Source of the DNA: Savitreella phatthalungensis
Lineage: Eukaryota
Assembly: GCA_051599415.1 (NCBI GenBank)
Contig: AP039702.1
Span: 310,001-374,000, forward strand
Direction: 5' to 3'
DNA: 64,000 nucleotides
The translations under genes were made by a program, and so were the position numbers. Every line of letters starts with the position of its first letter. Positions within the stretch are counted from its first letter, which is position 1. The notes under the pieces are model-generated. The model made no database searches and was not told the origin of the DNA. It saw only the letters and a program-made list of their open reading frames with translations. This document shows positions 31,853 through 43,036 of this stretch, one piece after another.

Positions 31853-33448
31853 CTAGAAGCCTGCTGCGAGATCGGATGCGCGGGCTGCCATATTAGAGAC
31901 GTCCTGTGGATCGAACGATGTGAACAACCTAGCTGCAAACCCATCGAGTTCAGGAATGGCGTTGATGGCAGCGAGATAATCATTCGCTGCAGCAGCATCC
32001 TCATCGTCGATCCTACCATCCACGCCACCGTACCCTGTGGCTGCGACGCCGCCGCCGGGCGGGCGGAAGGTGTTTGGTTGTGATGAGGGTGGGGAGGTGG
32101 TGGTATTGGCGGCTGCTGCGACGAGATGGGCTTCACGCGTCACGACAGGAAGCATCTTGGCAACCCGATTCCGATCACGCCCGTCAAACACCTCACGAAG
32201 CCGGACCTCGATCAGACCGTGGAGTGCAGCATCAAGTGACCGCGAAATCAGTAAAGCAGCCTCCTGTGAACCCAGCTCAGATCGCGTCTCCGCTAGCAGC
32301 GATCGCAGTTCCGAAGAGACCTCACGTCGGACGGGTTCTGATGAGCGCGGGTGGGTGTGGGGGTGATTGTTGTTGTCGTCGTCGGAGAAGTCTTCGGCAT
32401 CGGATGAGTCCGAGGGATCTTCGAATGCGCCTCCCTCGATCAGGACTTCGAGTTCGTCGTCTGTGTCCTGGAGGGGTAGGAGGTATGGGAGCCAGTCGTG
32501 GTGGTCGTCGCCTGCGGCGTTGAATTCGACGATCGATCGCACGCGCGATGTCAGTAGGCGGATCTGAGCAAGCGTCACCTCCTCCCGCACCTCCAATCGT
32601 CCAAACACCTGCTCGACCGCAGACCGGACGCGAGCGACGAGTGGCACCCATCCGCGGTTGAGCAGGTACCAGACGTAGGTCATGTACTGCCGGTTGAGCG
32701 GGGAATCGAACGTCATCCGGTACTCCTCTGACTCGTCTCGGAGCTGGATTCGGGGGTTTAGGTCGTTCTGGCCGAGGCCGAAGTAGGCTGAGGCTGAGGC
32801 TGGCAGGTAGGAGGTGATGCCGCCGGAGTTCGAGGAAGCTCCGCCGGATGCAGCCGCTGCCTCTGCAGCTGACTTGTCGACGACGATCGACATGACCGAG
32901 GCCACGTATGCCTCTCGGCCGATCAGGTTCAGCTGTACGCGGGTGAGGAGGACGAGGAGGGCGATGGCGTAGTACAGGGAGAATATCCGTGTGAGGGATG
33001 TGATCTTGACTTCGTTCCAAAGCTCCAGCTTGCTCTTCCGGTCGCCCCCGCCTCCGGCCATACCAGATGCAGCCAGTTGTGAGTGTGTAATTTCGGAAAA
33101 GCCAGACCGCATGGACGCAGTGTCGTCCTCACCAGCGAGTCCGGATATCCCTGAGGCGTTTGATCGGCCGACAGACTTGAGCTGTGCCGTGATGGCTTCG
33201 ACTTTGAGTGCGTCGAGGATTCGGTCTGCTAGCTCTGGGAGAAATCCCATGACATTCAGGGTTGCATCCTGCTGATTCTGTCTGAAGCGTCTCTTGAGGT
33301 TTTCCTTTGCAGTACGCTCGTCTGAGGCGCGATCTGTCACCTCACGAAGCTTTGAGGCTGCATACTGGTAGGCGTAGTAAAGACCGGCACCCACTGCTGT
33401 GAATGCAATCAGCTTTCGCCTGTGTCGGCGTAGGAAATCCTTGACCAT
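31853..33448 (-). CDS. PEX3: Peroxin 3
   Basis: FLRRHRRKL + TM, AKENLKRRFRQNQQDA, KSKLELWNEVKITSLTR, LTRVQLNLIGR, YLLNRGW. Confidence 0.95.
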   Translation of the reverse strand: MVKDFLRRHRRKLIAFTAVGAGLYYAYQYAASKLREVTDRASDERTAKENLKRRFRQNQQDATLNVMGFLPELADRILDALKVEAITAQLKSVGRSNASGISGLAGEDDTASMRSGFSEITHSQLAASGMAGGGGDRKSKLELWNEVKITSLTRIFSLYYAIALLVLLTRVQLNLIGREAYVASVMSIVVDKSAAEAAAASGGASSNSGGITSYLPASASAYFGLGQNDLNPRIQLRDESEEYRMTFDSPLNRQYMTYVWYLLNRGWVPLVARVRSAVEQVFGRLEVREEVTLAQIRLLTSRVRSIVEFNAAGDDHHDWLPYLLPLQDTDDELEVLIEGGAFEDPSDSSDAEDFSDDDNNNHPHTHPRSSEPVRREVSSELRSLLAETRSELGSQEAALLISRSLDAALHGLIEVRLREVFDGRDRNRVAKMLPVVTREAHLVAAAANTTTSPPSSQPNTFRPPGGGVAATGYGGVDGRIDDEDAAAANDYLAAINAIPELDGFAARLFTSFDPQDVSNMAARASDLAAGF

Positions 33449-34274
33449 CGACAGGTGAGGAAGTGATCCGGGGTGAAAGCCTCAGTTCCGCGGTGAATCA
33501 GTCAGTCTGCGCTTGTTGACCGAGCGAGGATTAGAGAATAAGGCAGCTAGGATCTCTAAACCAAGAGCTCTTGTCACCTGCTGCTACTGCTACTGCTGCT
33601 GCGGTCGTTGTGACGTAGTATGGCTCTTATGATCCCTGTGTAGTAGGATAGACGCGTAAGTGAGTGAGTGAGTGATAAGCGTTAGCTGTATGGTGGTGGT
33701 GTGTATGTATATGTTGTTGACTTTTGATTGTGTCTGTAAAGTGGAGAAGAAATGAAATAAAGTCTATATAGCTCATACTATATGGTATATGTGTGCACAC
33801 ATACATGAATTACTCACTGGATGCATGCAATAAGTATTTTACGCACAGACATTATTAGATCCATTTATTGGTCATATGTGTGCATCTATACTACATCAAT
33901 TTTCATGTGATAGTCCACTTGCAGGAATCAACTGATGAATTAGATATTTAATTCTGACAGCTGGGGATAATTATTTCTGATTAGAATTCTGGCAGGCAGA
34001 TTCACGGCACATGCCATATCGGCTTCTTGCACGTGATGATACAAGAAGCAAGATCCAGATTCACGTGGATATACACGTGCCCTACCAATGTGTTCAAGAA
34101 AGAAACTTGACATGAGCTATACTATACACCATCTCACAACCAGTACAGTACAGGTGTTCTATCTCTAGGAAGCTCAAAGTCGACAACACGGCTATATACT
34201 CATTCTCTAGCTTGTGATAGTCTCAAGGAGTGAGAAGGGCTGATAGGTCGCTTCCCTCTCAATTGAACCAGATC

Positions 34275-35240
34275 ATGCCACGTCCAAAGATACCACCATT
34301 CTCACTAGTCCGCGGACTGATTCGCCAGTCATGGAACAAGTACAACCTCTATAACCTTGCGAATAAGAAGCTTCCACAGGTCAACAACAAGACAATGTAC
34401 CAACAGAAGTGGACTGCAAAGCGCGAGACGCGCGCCTACCACGGCGGTCACCTGCGCGAGCGGCAATTCAAAGCCCTATGGAGTCAGAAACTTGCAGGCG
34501 TCTCACCAGTCACAAGCGCCACAGGCGTCGGCAGCGGCGCAGGTGGCGCATCTGGTGGCAGACGCAGCGCATACTCCCTTCCCAACCGGAGCCACGCAGC
34601 CAATGGCAATCTAGGCGCAAACGCAAACGACAACCAGAACCTTTCGACACCACTCGCCTCACAGACATACGCCTCAGTCGAGCGCCGGCTAGATTCCGTC
34701 GTATTCAGAGCGCTATTTGCATCATCAGCCATGCAGGCGCGCCAACTCTGTGTTCACGGCAAGGTGTACTTGAACGGACACCGGTGCAAGGTGCCATCGA
34801 CTTTGTTGAATCCTGGAGATCTGGTGGAGGTGGAGCCTGCTGCGGTGATGCAGAGCGTGAGTGCGCCTGTGCGGATGAACGTGGTCGAGCCTGCCGCTGC
34901 TGAGGAAGGTGCGGCAGATGCTGAGGCAGCATCGGCACGGGCTGCTGAGGATGACGGCGCCGCACAGGCACAAGAGGCAGCAGAGGCTGTTGGCGAGGGT
35001 AGCAAGACCGCTGCACGCCGGCTTGCATGGGAGAAGATCGGTCAGGAGAGCTTCAGGCCGAAACCATACGCTTCCGCATTCGCCTTTGTCCCACAGTACC
35101 TCGAAGTCTCGTTCGAGACGTGTGCGTGTGTCTACCTCAGGCACCCCGTCGCCAGACCAGGACAGACCGAGGTCCCATCACCCTTCCCAACACCCATGCA
35201 CGCTCTAGCCTACTCATTCTACCAGCGCAACGGACGCTGA
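34275..35240 (+). CDS. NAM9: Mitochondrial ribosomal protein uS4m (Nam9)
   Basis: SWNKYNLYNL, YQQKWTAKRETRAYHG, ERRLDSVVFRALFASS, QARQL, S4 domain, YLEVSF, YLRHPVARPG. Confidence 0.95.
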   Translation: MPRPKIPPFSLVRGLIRQSWNKYNLYNLANKKLPQVNNKTMYQQKWTAKRETRAYHGGHLRERQFKALWSQKLAGVSPVTSATGVGSGAGGASGGRRSAYSLPNRSHAANGNLGANANDNQNLSTPLASQTYASVERRLDSVVFRALFASSAMQARQLCVHGKVYLNGHRCKVPSTLLNPGDLVEVEPAAVMQSVSAPVRMNVVEPAAAEEGAADAEAASARAAEDDGAAQAQEAAEAVGEGSKTAARRLAWEKIGQESFRPKPYASAFAFVPQYLEVSFETCACVYLRHPVARPGQTEVPSPFPTPMHALAYSFYQRNGR

Positions 35241-35360
35241 TCAGCATTCATGTTCACGATGACGCATATACTCACCAAAATCACACACACATGCACACCT
35301 GTAGCTTCTTATACACACATGGCATTCACAATGATCGTGAAAGCGATTGATTCTACCTGA

Positions 35361-36911
35361 TCAATCCTTGTACTCGACGAATGTGCTGACGATTTTGTTG
35401 GTGGCTGGATCGATGACGTGCTTGACCATCTCTGGGAGTGGTTGTTCGGTGAATTCTTTTGCATCAGACTGACCTTCTAGCACATAGACGTTGACGCCGC
35501 CGGTCTTGGCCGTCATGATCTCGCAGGCGCGCGCGTCGTCGGAAAGGTAGATGCTCCCACCGTCACAAGAGTCGCAGATCACTGTTGGACACTGGCCCTC
35601 GATCTGGATCGCAAATGACTTGCACTTGACGAGATCGATCGATGACACCAAGCTGTCAACGACGACGCCGAGCTTGTCGCAAGACTCCAGCGTCAGTGCG
35701 TTGAATTTACCCTTGATCTGTAGCGTCGATCGCTTGCAGTTTGATACGTACACAGAGTGATTCAGCTCGACGCCGTCGAGGACGATCGGTGTTGATGCAG
35801 AGTCGTAGTTCTCCACAAACCATTTTGTGCCCTCGAGTTCAGTCCGGGCTGGTCGGGCTGGCTTGGCCGTGGCGGATGCGGCCTTAGCCGAGGTTGACTG
35901 TTTGGCCGGAGATTTGTCTGAGACGACCGAGGTCGCCCGGAGTGCTGGATTCTTGTGCGTCATCTGCGACTTGTCCACCTTCTTCAGACCAGAAGTCACA
36001 TTCTCCCCGCGATTCAGGTCGGCAAAGACGGCATTCATGTCTGGACCAGAAGATGCGGGAGCGGCGTCTCCAAGGAACGGCGGCGGCGGTGATCCCGGCG
36101 GTGGAGGCGGAGGCGGTGGTCCAGCACCGCCAGCAGGGGCAGGGCCAGGTGTTGCGGCGGCGGTTGCTGATGGACCAGCTGCATTTGCGAGCGATGTCTT
36201 CAGGTCCTGCTGTGATTTTGCGGAGAAGGCGAGACCCGTGGTGTGATGCTGCTTGACATACTTGTTAAGCTCTGTGAGGATGGCAATAAATTGCTTGGCC
36301 CATTCTGCGTGAGTAGGCTCTTTATCCTTGCTGTCCTTGATGACACGATTTCCCCAGAACTGAGCACTGTCCTTCATGTCGTTGACGAATGGCGCTGGCG
36401 TCTTTTCGATAGCCACCCATCCAAGAGCAGGTACACCTTCTGCTACCGTGGACAGGAGGTTGTAAAGCTTGGAACGGCGATTGTCGTCCTTGATCTGGGA
36501 AATTGAACCCATTCCGGCGGAGAGTGGCTTCAGCGCTTCCGCGAATTCTGGTGATGTGAAACTTGGCTTCTTGCTCTGACCAGCTGCCAAAATTAGGCTT
36601 CTTTGTGCGGCAAACAGCTTCCCAACAGCAGCGGTCTGTATCGAGAGAGGTTCACCAATTGTCTGCGACGCATTGAGCCAGGGCTCGACGAGATCGCTGA
36701 TGAGGGCATCGAAGTCTTTTACAGCTGGTGACAACGGTTGTTCCTCGGTACTTGCGGATGCGGCTGCTATACCAGCTTCCGCTCCAGATACATTACTGGG
36801 TGTCGTTGCTGTGTGACCTGCCAGCGAGCCTTCCAGCTTCGAGATGGCTCCTTTGAGGTCCGAGAGAAATGCGATCAGGCCTTCGGACACTGCGGCGCCT
36901 GATTGTCCCAT
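35361..36911 (-). CDS. SRV2: Adenylyl cyclase-associated protein CAP/Srv2
   Basis: VAEGVPALGWV, SAQFWGNRV, HHTTGL, polyproline, AVFADLNRGENVTSGLKKVDKSQMTHKNPALR, KWFVENY, CARP beta-helix. Confidence 0.95.
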   Translation of the reverse strand: MGQSGAAVSEGLIAFLSDLKGAISKLEGSLAGHTATTPSNVSGAEAGIAAASASTEEQPLSPAVKDFDALISDLVEPWLNASQTIGEPLSIQTAAVGKLFAAQRSLILAAGQSKKPSFTSPEFAEALKPLSAGMGSISQIKDDNRRSKLYNLLSTVAEGVPALGWVAIEKTPAPFVNDMKDSAQFWGNRVIKDSKDKEPTHAEWAKQFIAILTELNKYVKQHHTTGLAFSAKSQQDLKTSLANAAGPSATAAATPGPAPAGGAGPPPPPPPPGSPPPPFLGDAAPASSGPDMNAVFADLNRGENVTSGLKKVDKSQMTHKNPALRATSVVSDKSPAKQSTSAKAASATAKPARPARTELEGTKWFVENYDSASTPIVLDGVELNHSVYVSNCKRSTLQIKGKFNALTLESCDKLGVVVDSLVSSIDLVKCKSFAIQIEGQCPTVICDSCDGGSIYLSDDARACEIMTAKTGGVNVYVLEGQSDAKEFTEQPLPEMVKHVIDPATNKIVSTFVEYKD

Positions 36912-37098
36912 TGTGCAGTGGAAGACTTGGCTCGAAGCTCGTGAGGACTACGAAGGTATGCTAGCGAGTTTCTTGTCTATTGCTAAGTAGAGATGAGTGA
37001 TGTTGTCTACACGGGTGCATGTCGAGTGTGGACGATGACGCGCGAAACCGTCAGATTTCATAGGATTATATACTGCTTTTTGACGAAATTTTGATATT

Positions 37099-37198
37099 GG
37101 GCAGATGGCCGAGCGGTCTAAGGCGCTGTGTTCAGGTTTTCCAAAAATTGTGTTTCGCAGTACGGTAACGTGCGTGGGTTCGAACCCCACTCTGCTCA
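37099..37198 (+). tRNA. tRNA-Leu(CAG) with an 18-nt intron (37137-37154)
   Basis: Acceptor stem GGGCAGA/TCTGCTC + discriminator A, A box TGGCCGAGCGG, anticodon stem CTGTG/CGCAG with TT-CAG-G, long variable arm, B box GGTTCGAACCC, oligo-T Pol III terminator from 37200. Confidence 0.93.
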
Positions 37199-37430
37199 GT
37201 TTTTCCTTTTTTCGTCCGTTCAACGACTTCTCTCACGCCAGTCAACGAGCGATGTCACCAGGTGGGCTCGACTCGACTCGCCTGGACATGGCTCGTTCTG
37301 ATCAATTGTTCAGGGACTTCCTCCGTCTCACACGATCTTTTTAAATGTCGTTATCATATCATTATTGAAAAATGTGGTGCTACAGATGTTGTCGATGTTG
37401 CGTGATAAGTCCTGGCATTTCGATGCAGAG

Positions 37431-38570
37431 CTAGCCGTGGAGAACTCTCTTGATGTCTGCCTTTTGTTGTTGCGAAAGACTAGCCGGCATTTTCACGTTC
37501 GTGACAACGACAAGATCACCCCGCTTGCCTGTCTTGCTGTTCGGCATTCCTTGTCCCGGGAATCTGCACTCCTGGCCCGGTTGTGCGGGTCGAGTTCCAG
37601 AAACAGAAATCTTCTTTCCGTCGATCGTCTCTACTTGCGCGTCATAGCCACAAAGTGCATCGACGAGCTCGAGGTCGAGATTGGTATAGAGATCATCACC
37701 ATCTCGTCGGAAGCGGGGATGCGGCTTGTCCTCGATGACAAATTGAATGGTCTGTGTTGTGCCGTCGGCCTTCTCATCACCAGCATTTGGGAAATTGATC
37801 TTAGTACCGGCCTTGTATCCCGGCTTGATCGATACTTCGAGCAGCTTGTCTGCTGGTGTCGATGAAGCAATGACTTTGCGAGAAATACGAAGCTTCTTCG
37901 TGGTCCCCTTGAAAAGATCTTCGAGTGTTACCGGGAGTGCTCTGGTGACTATCTCAGGCTCAGGACTCGCGGTAGCCGCGCCATTGCCACGACTGCGAGC
38001 ACCGCCTCCCATACCACCCATCCCGGGCATACCGCCCATACCCATGCCACTCATGCCAGGCATGCCTCCCATGCCGCCAAGGTTAAAGAAGCCGCCGCCC
38101 GGGCCACCTGAACCGCCGCCCGCGCCTGCCCCACCGAATGGGTCACCGTGTGCGAAGAACTGTGAGAAGATGTCGTTAGGGTCGCTGGCAGAGAAGCTAA
38201 ATCCGCCACCGCCAGGACCACCAGCACCACCAAATGGATTGCCGCCTGCTGATTGGAATGAGAAGCCACCCGGCATACCACCGCCTCCACCGAACGGGTT
38301 GCCGCCAGGGAATCCTCCAGCGGCGCCAGGGTCTGCACCGCCTGCGCCACCCTTTAGACCAGCTTCACCAAATTGGTCATAGATTTGCCGCTTGTTCTTA
38401 TCTGAGAGTACCTCGAATGCTTCACTGACCTTTTTGAACTGTTCCTCTGCGCCGGCGTCCTTGTTACGGTCCGGGTGATATTTGAGGGCTAATTTGCGGT
38501 ATGCCTTCTTGATGGCTGTATCGTCTGCATCTTTAGATACACCGAGGGTTTTGTAGTAGTCTGCTGCCAT
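37431..38570 (-). CDS. SIS1: Class II J-domain Hsp40 co-chaperone (Sis1/Psi1)
   Basis: J domain with HPD, G/F- and G/M-rich linker, no Zn finger, C-terminal [13 protein letters not shown] and GQGMP. Confidence 0.93.
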   Translation of the reverse strand: MAADYYKTLGVSKDADDTAIKKAYRKLALKYHPDRNKDAGAEEQFKKVSEAFEVLSDKNKRQIYDQFGEAGLKGGAGGADPGAAGGFPGGNPFGGGGGMPGGFSFQSAGGNPFGGAGGPGGGGFSFSASDPNDIFSQFFAHGDPFGGAGAGGGSGGPGGGFFNLGGMGGMPGMSGMGMGGMPGMGGMGGGARSRGNGAATASPEPEIVTRALPVTLEDLFKGTTKKLRISRKVIASSTPADKLLEVSIKPGYKAGTKINFPNAGDEKADGTTQTIQFVIEDKPHPRFRRDGDDLYTNLDLELVDALCGYDAQVETIDGKKISVSGTRPAQPGQECRFPGQGMPNSKTGKRGDLVVVTNVKMPASLSQQQKADIKRVLHG

Positions 38571-38930
38571 GTCGGGGGACAGATGAAATAGGGATTGGTC
38601 TGAGGGATGTCAACGAGTAGAAGACTTCAGCTGATCTCCAATGCAAATCAATAGCAGATCTGTTTGTGACTGCAAAGGTAAGCGTAGCGACAATGACCTA
38701 CACTGCAAAAGGAGAAGTTGTAATATAGTGAGCGACTGGATTATCAATCGGCTGGAGTTCTTTCGAGTGATCGAGTCAGGAGGTTGTATGGGTTGGGGGC
38801 AGTAAGCAACCAAGGGTGAGAGTGGGTATGTGACAGAGAGACTGAGTGAGTGACAAAAGGGAGAGAGAGAATTGGTGTTGCTGGCAGATACTGTATCATC
38901 GTGACTTTTCCCCGATGCGCGGTTGTCCAT

Positions 38931-38962
38931 GGAAGCTTCGACGTCATTTCTCGAACAATTCT
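38931..38962. promoter_or_regulatory. Heat-shock-element-like nGAAn cluster upstream of SIS1
   Basis: gGAAgcTTCg...tTTCtcGAAcaaTTC about 360 nt upstream of the SIS1 ATG; SIS1 is a known Hsf1 target in yeasts. Spacing is imperfect. Confidence 0.5.
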
Positions 38963-39538
38963 TGTATTGAAATATTCATCAATTTAATTTATTTGATCAT
39001 GCTCAACCTGGCTCCGTTGTATTCCATCGATCAGAGCCAAAAATACCCATCAAGCAGCATAGTCCAGTGAATTCTTAAGATTCATGCATCCCAACTCAAA
39101 AGATAAATTTAAATTCTAAACATAAAGACTCGAGTGCTCGAGCTTAAAACAATTTCAAACAATTTGCAGTCTGCACGTGTGCAAATGCTCCAATGCATAC
39201 ACTCACGTACCCATTCACGCACGGGGTACTCGACCATGACCACACCAGACCAGAGGTATCTATTCCATACTCCACTTGGACGTGAACGTTAGTACGTAGA
39301 CTCTTCTTGCTAACAATCAACCTTGTGCGCTTCTCACTCAGCCAACTTTTGTCTTGAGAGTTCTTTTCAGGAGAGGACGGAAGGATGCGGTGCAGCCGAT
39401 AACGTCTTCCAAGTTACAAAGGTGAAGCCAGTGCAAGCCGCACTTGTCCACGACAAAATCTCAGGGTAGCGATTGCGTCAAAGCTCCAACCAGCTCAACC
39501 GCCTGAATCATTCTAGACCATTATCACATCTTCTCAGC

Positions 39539-40612
39539 ATGCCACCGATCGATACCTTCACCCGCAAGCTTCAGTCAGATGGTCCTTATGAGGCTCATCA
39601 ATTCCTCCGCACAGCAGCCAACAGACTTGTCAAGACGAAGAAATACAATGATGCATTGACGTTACTCCATGCAGCTGCCATCGCACTCTTCCAGCGTGGC
39701 GAGGGCGCTTCAGGCATCGATCTGGCCATTTACGCGATCGAAGTATTAGATGCAGATGGCAAAACACCTGGAGACCAGGTCAGCGTCACAGTCAACCCAG
39801 CTGGAACCACGAGCTCCGCTCGCCAGATCCCTACGAGAGACTTCGCGCTTGAGCTGCTCACAGCATGTCCACAGTCAGAGATTACACGGACGCGCTTGGT
39901 CAAGAAGATCATCAGCTGGCAGAAGAGCTCGTCGACGGCGGCAGATCCTGAGTGGGGAGATGCAGAGATGCAGGAGAGACTAGGCGATCTACTTGCATCC
40001 GAGGGCGATGTGGCCGGTGCGGAACGGCATTTGCTTCTAGCAGGCACGGAAACGTCGCAGAAGAAGCTAGTCGATATTCTATACTCCTGGTACGCCTCAC
40101 TCGACCCCACACAGCAGTCACCGTCAAATGCAGCAGCAATCCTCGGCAGAATAGTCCTCCCATTCCTGACGGCCGATCGGCCTCGAGAAGCGCTTGATTG
40201 CGCTCGACAATTTGTATCGTCGCTAGCGGCGGTGCAGGCCAGCGGGGATGTGGAGACGGTGGCGATCGATGCTGGGAGTGTGGAGGAAGGGAAGGTGATG
40301 ATTGTGAAGACGATGCCACTGGTGAACTTTTTGTCTTGGCTAGCGGTCTTATGCGTGCGCGCGCGTAACAAGGTCGAGCTGTATGCTCGCCTGCGCAATG
40401 CCTACAAGGCCACACTCGAAGCCGATCAGGAACTCGACAACGCCTGGCGAGATGCTCTTGCAGACATCGCTCTCAAGTACTTCGGCATCCGACCACAACG
40501 CAGTAACAACATGCTCGCGGAGATGATGGGATCTCTTTTCGGGGGTGGTGGTGGCGGAGCAGGAGGACAGCAACGACAACAACCGCAGATCGACTCTGCT
40601 GGTCTAGACTAG
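39539..40612 (+). CDS. GET4: Golgi-to-ER traffic protein Get4
   Basis: YEAHQFLRTAANRL, GEGASGIDLA, EWGDAEM, AERHLLLAG, PLVNFL, IALKYFGI...NMLAEMMGSLFGG. Confidence 0.92.
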   Translation: MPPIDTFTRKLQSDGPYEAHQFLRTAANRLVKTKKYNDALTLLHAAAIALFQRGEGASGIDLAIYAIEVLDADGKTPGDQVSVTVNPAGTTSSARQIPTRDFALELLTACPQSEITRTRLVKKIISWQKSSSTAADPEWGDAEMQERLGDLLASEGDVAGAERHLLLAGTETSQKKLVDILYSWYASLDPTQQSPSNAAAILGRIVLPFLTADRPREALDCARQFVSSLAAVQASGDVETVAIDAGSVEEGKVMIVKTMPLVNFLSWLAVLCVRARNKVELYARLRNAYKATLEADQELDNAWRDALADIALKYFGIRPQRSNNMLAEMMGSLFGGGGGGAGGQQRQQPQIDSAGLD

Positions 40613-40714
40613 GTGTAGACACGACAAAAATCTGTATCCAGTCGTCTGCCTATCCATCACAAGTGGTGCAAAGTTGAACGTTGTGCAACAGGTCGGCTGA
40701 TTAGTCTGCACTCT

Positions 40715-43036
40715 CTACGCAAGATACTGATACTCGTCCTTGCCCGAGCGCTCGAGGTACTCTTTCTCGATCAGAATGTCGATGCACTTCTTGATGTCTG
40801 GAATACGTGGGGTGAAGCGTGACTTGACTTGAGAAATGGTCTCCTGGACGAGCAAGGTGTGCTTCAACTGCTTTCTGGCCTTCATGATGCGGACGATTGC
40901 CGACTGCGTCAACAGCTTTCGATCTTCCTCAATTGTCTTGTGCGTCTCTTCCGCCTCGTGCTTCTGCTCAGACTTGATCGGCATATTCAGGTTGATCTTC
41001 AGCTTCTTCGACTTGAAGTTTTCATTCAGTGTGTATCGTGACCCGGCCTCACCCAGTCCACCCGTACCGCTCTCCAGCAATAGCACCTTCGCTTTCAGCA
41101 TGATGTTGAGTGCACCAGTCAGTTGCTCCTTCGCCGTCAGGCCGGTCTGAGCTTGAAGCTCCTCGTACGATAGCGTCAGAGCATCGTTGAAGGCCAGCAA
41201 GATTGCCATCTGATAGGTCGAAACAGAGAAGATGTACTTTTTGTCGGCAAAGTTCACGCGGATATCAGCTTTCGAGTGCTGGAAGAGCCACTGCAACTTA
41301 CGGCCGGAGTGCTTGCCATTGTAGAAGTTGTGGAACTGCTCGTAAGCCTTCGTGAGCTGCTGTGGAATCCGGAACTCTGTCGATGGCGGCGTCAGAGGCC
41401 AGAAAGCGCCACCGAGCACGAGCACGTCCATGTCGAATGGCGCTGTGGATTCGTTCTGCTCCTGACTCCTGCGGAACTCATTTTGCAGCGTCTGTGAGAT
41501 TTGCATGTCATTGTACATTCGTTGCAACTTGTTCGTGTACTCGAATCCACAAGCCTCCTTGAGCTTGGTCAACATGGAAGCCTCCGCATCGTCCGACGCG
41601 GACTGACCACCAACTAGTCGACGGGAGAGATGCCGCGTGTAGAATTTCTGGAAGACGTCTTTGTCCTCCACGTACTTGAACACCACCATTACGTTTTGTA
41701 GTAATTGTTCCACGTCTCCCTCGTCCGCCATGCGGCTACCCTTCTTCAGGAGGTTGTCGCAGTACTTTGCCAGGAGCTCCGGCGAAGAACGCGACGAGGA
41801 GGACGTAGACTTGCAGATGGAGTTGCGGTTCACATATTCACGGCATGCATTGTCCAGAGACTTTACAAATTCCGCATCGCCGTTGAAGTTTGCCGTGACG
41901 AGAGAATTGTAAAGGGTGTGAACGCCGAGCAAGGAATCGACATAGTCCTTTGGCTCGACCGTGCTGTCCTCGCCTCCAGTAGGTGCGATTCGCTCGACTG
42001 CCGCTAGACCAGCCTTGCGAACATGATCCTCAAACGTTTCCCGGAGCGGACCTAGACCATCAGGCACGCGCTCTAGCAGACGGTACATGCGCTCCATGTC
42101 CTCCCGACGCTCATGCTCAAGCAAGACTCGGAATTGTTCTTGCAGTAGCTCTGCATGCGCGCTAATCAGGGCTTTCTCGCAAGTCTGCAGCAATGGTCTG
42201 AGACTCGAGGGATGCAGGTAAAGGTCAACACGCTCGCTCTCCTCGTGAAGTCGAGTCTCCGCTTTCTTCAAGTAATCTGGAACCTCGTTGTGCTGGATGA
42301 ATTGCTCGGATTCGCGTGAATAGTAGGCTGCCGTTGCCTCCAGGAACCGCTTGCTGAAGTGCGTCTCGTAGACATCGAGAGTGGACCGTGTCGGGTCTTG
42401 CTGATCTATGCCCAGCGATACGTACGAGTCAATCGCGTTCTTAATCAGCTGTGTCTCGACCGGTTCGCCCTCCCGGTGCCTCTCGATATGGATCAGCACG
42501 GCGACGAGCAGCTTTTCGTGGATGTCCTCGAAGAGGATGCGTCGCCAGAGAACAAGGCATAGGGTGTAAATGTCGTAGACCTGCGCCTTCCCTTCATCCA
42601 TCTCGCGCTTGACCCAATAGCGATTCAAATAGCGGAAGATGTGGTGAACAAATCCCGCTCCAACGGTGTAGTCACGCCAGCATTTCGTGTAATATACAAG
42701 TAGCGGCTCACCCTGGAGGTCTCGTGCTCCGTCAAGCAATCTGCTCAAGTGTCTCTGCATGTACTGAGTAAGTCGTTCGTACAGTTCGGCACCCATCAGA
42801 TGAGCACCTTTGCCGCCACCCGCGCCGCTGCCGGAGCCGTCACCGAATCGGTGCATCTTGTTCTGCGTGCAAAAGTTGTAGATGACGGTGTATAGCTCAA
42901 TACAGCGCTGAAAAGACATGCCGCGATGAAGTGTTTCCATGATATCGCTGACTCCATCTTGCAAATACGACCAAGTGGCCTCTAGGTCCTCCACCTTTGG
43001 AGGCTTCGCACGTGGCTGACCGGTGGACGTCGCCAT
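40715..43036 (-). CDS. CUL1: Cullin-1 (Cdc53/Pcu1)
   Basis: LYTVIYNFCT, GAHLMGAELY, YLNRYWVKREMDEG, SPELLAKYCD, EDKDVFQKFY, HSGRKLQWL, neddylation motif AIVRIMKARK. Confidence 0.96.
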   Translation of the reverse strand: MATSTGQPRAKPPKVEDLEATWSYLQDGVSDIMETLHRGMSFQRCIELYTVIYNFCTQNKMHRFGDGSGSGAGGGKGAHLMGAELYERLTQYMQRHLSRLLDGARDLQGEPLLVYYTKCWRDYTVGAGFVHHIFRYLNRYWVKREMDEGKAQVYDIYTLCLVLWRRILFEDIHEKLLVAVLIHIERHREGEPVETQLIKNAIDSYVSLGIDQQDPTRSTLDVYETHFSKRFLEATAAYYSRESEQFIQHNEVPDYLKKAETRLHEESERVDLYLHPSSLRPLLQTCEKALISAHAELLQEQFRVLLEHERREDMERMYRLLERVPDGLGPLRETFEDHVRKAGLAAVERIAPTGGEDSTVEPKDYVDSLLGVHTLYNSLVTANFNGDAEFVKSLDNACREYVNRNSICKSTSSSSRSSPELLAKYCDNLLKKGSRMADEGDVEQLLQNVMVVFKYVEDKDVFQKFYTRHLSRRLVGGQSASDDAEASMLTKLKEACGFEYTNKLQRMYNDMQISQTLQNEFRRSQEQNESTAPFDMDVLVLGGAFWPLTPPSTEFRIPQQLTKAYEQFHNFYNGKHSGRKLQWLFQHSKADIRVNFADKKYIFSVSTYQMAILLAFNDALTLSYEELQAQTGLTAKEQLTGALNIMLKAKVLLLESGTGGLGEAGSRYTLNENFKSKKLKINLNMPIKSEQKHEAEETHKTIEEDRKLLTQSAIVRIMKARKQLKHTLLVQETISQVKSRFTPRIPDIKKCIDILIEKEYLERSGKDEYQYLA

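Noticed and set aside
37099..37198. tRNA(CAG) as evidence of CUG codon reassignment (Ser/Ala)
   Set aside because: It has Leu identity features (discriminator A, Leu-type D arm, U33), and CTG encodes a conserved Leu in Rps6 (RKLR).
37747..38382. Long Pro-rich antisense ORF, and many similar antisense or alternate-frame ORFs in the track
   Set aside because: Shadows of GC-rich real CDSs (here the Gly-rich SIS1 linker); no independent motifs.
39368..39400. CAGG...CGGAAGG...GCAGC resembling SRP RNA helix 8
   Set aside because: Spacing does not fit the symmetric loop, and there is no Alu domain or Pol III terminator.
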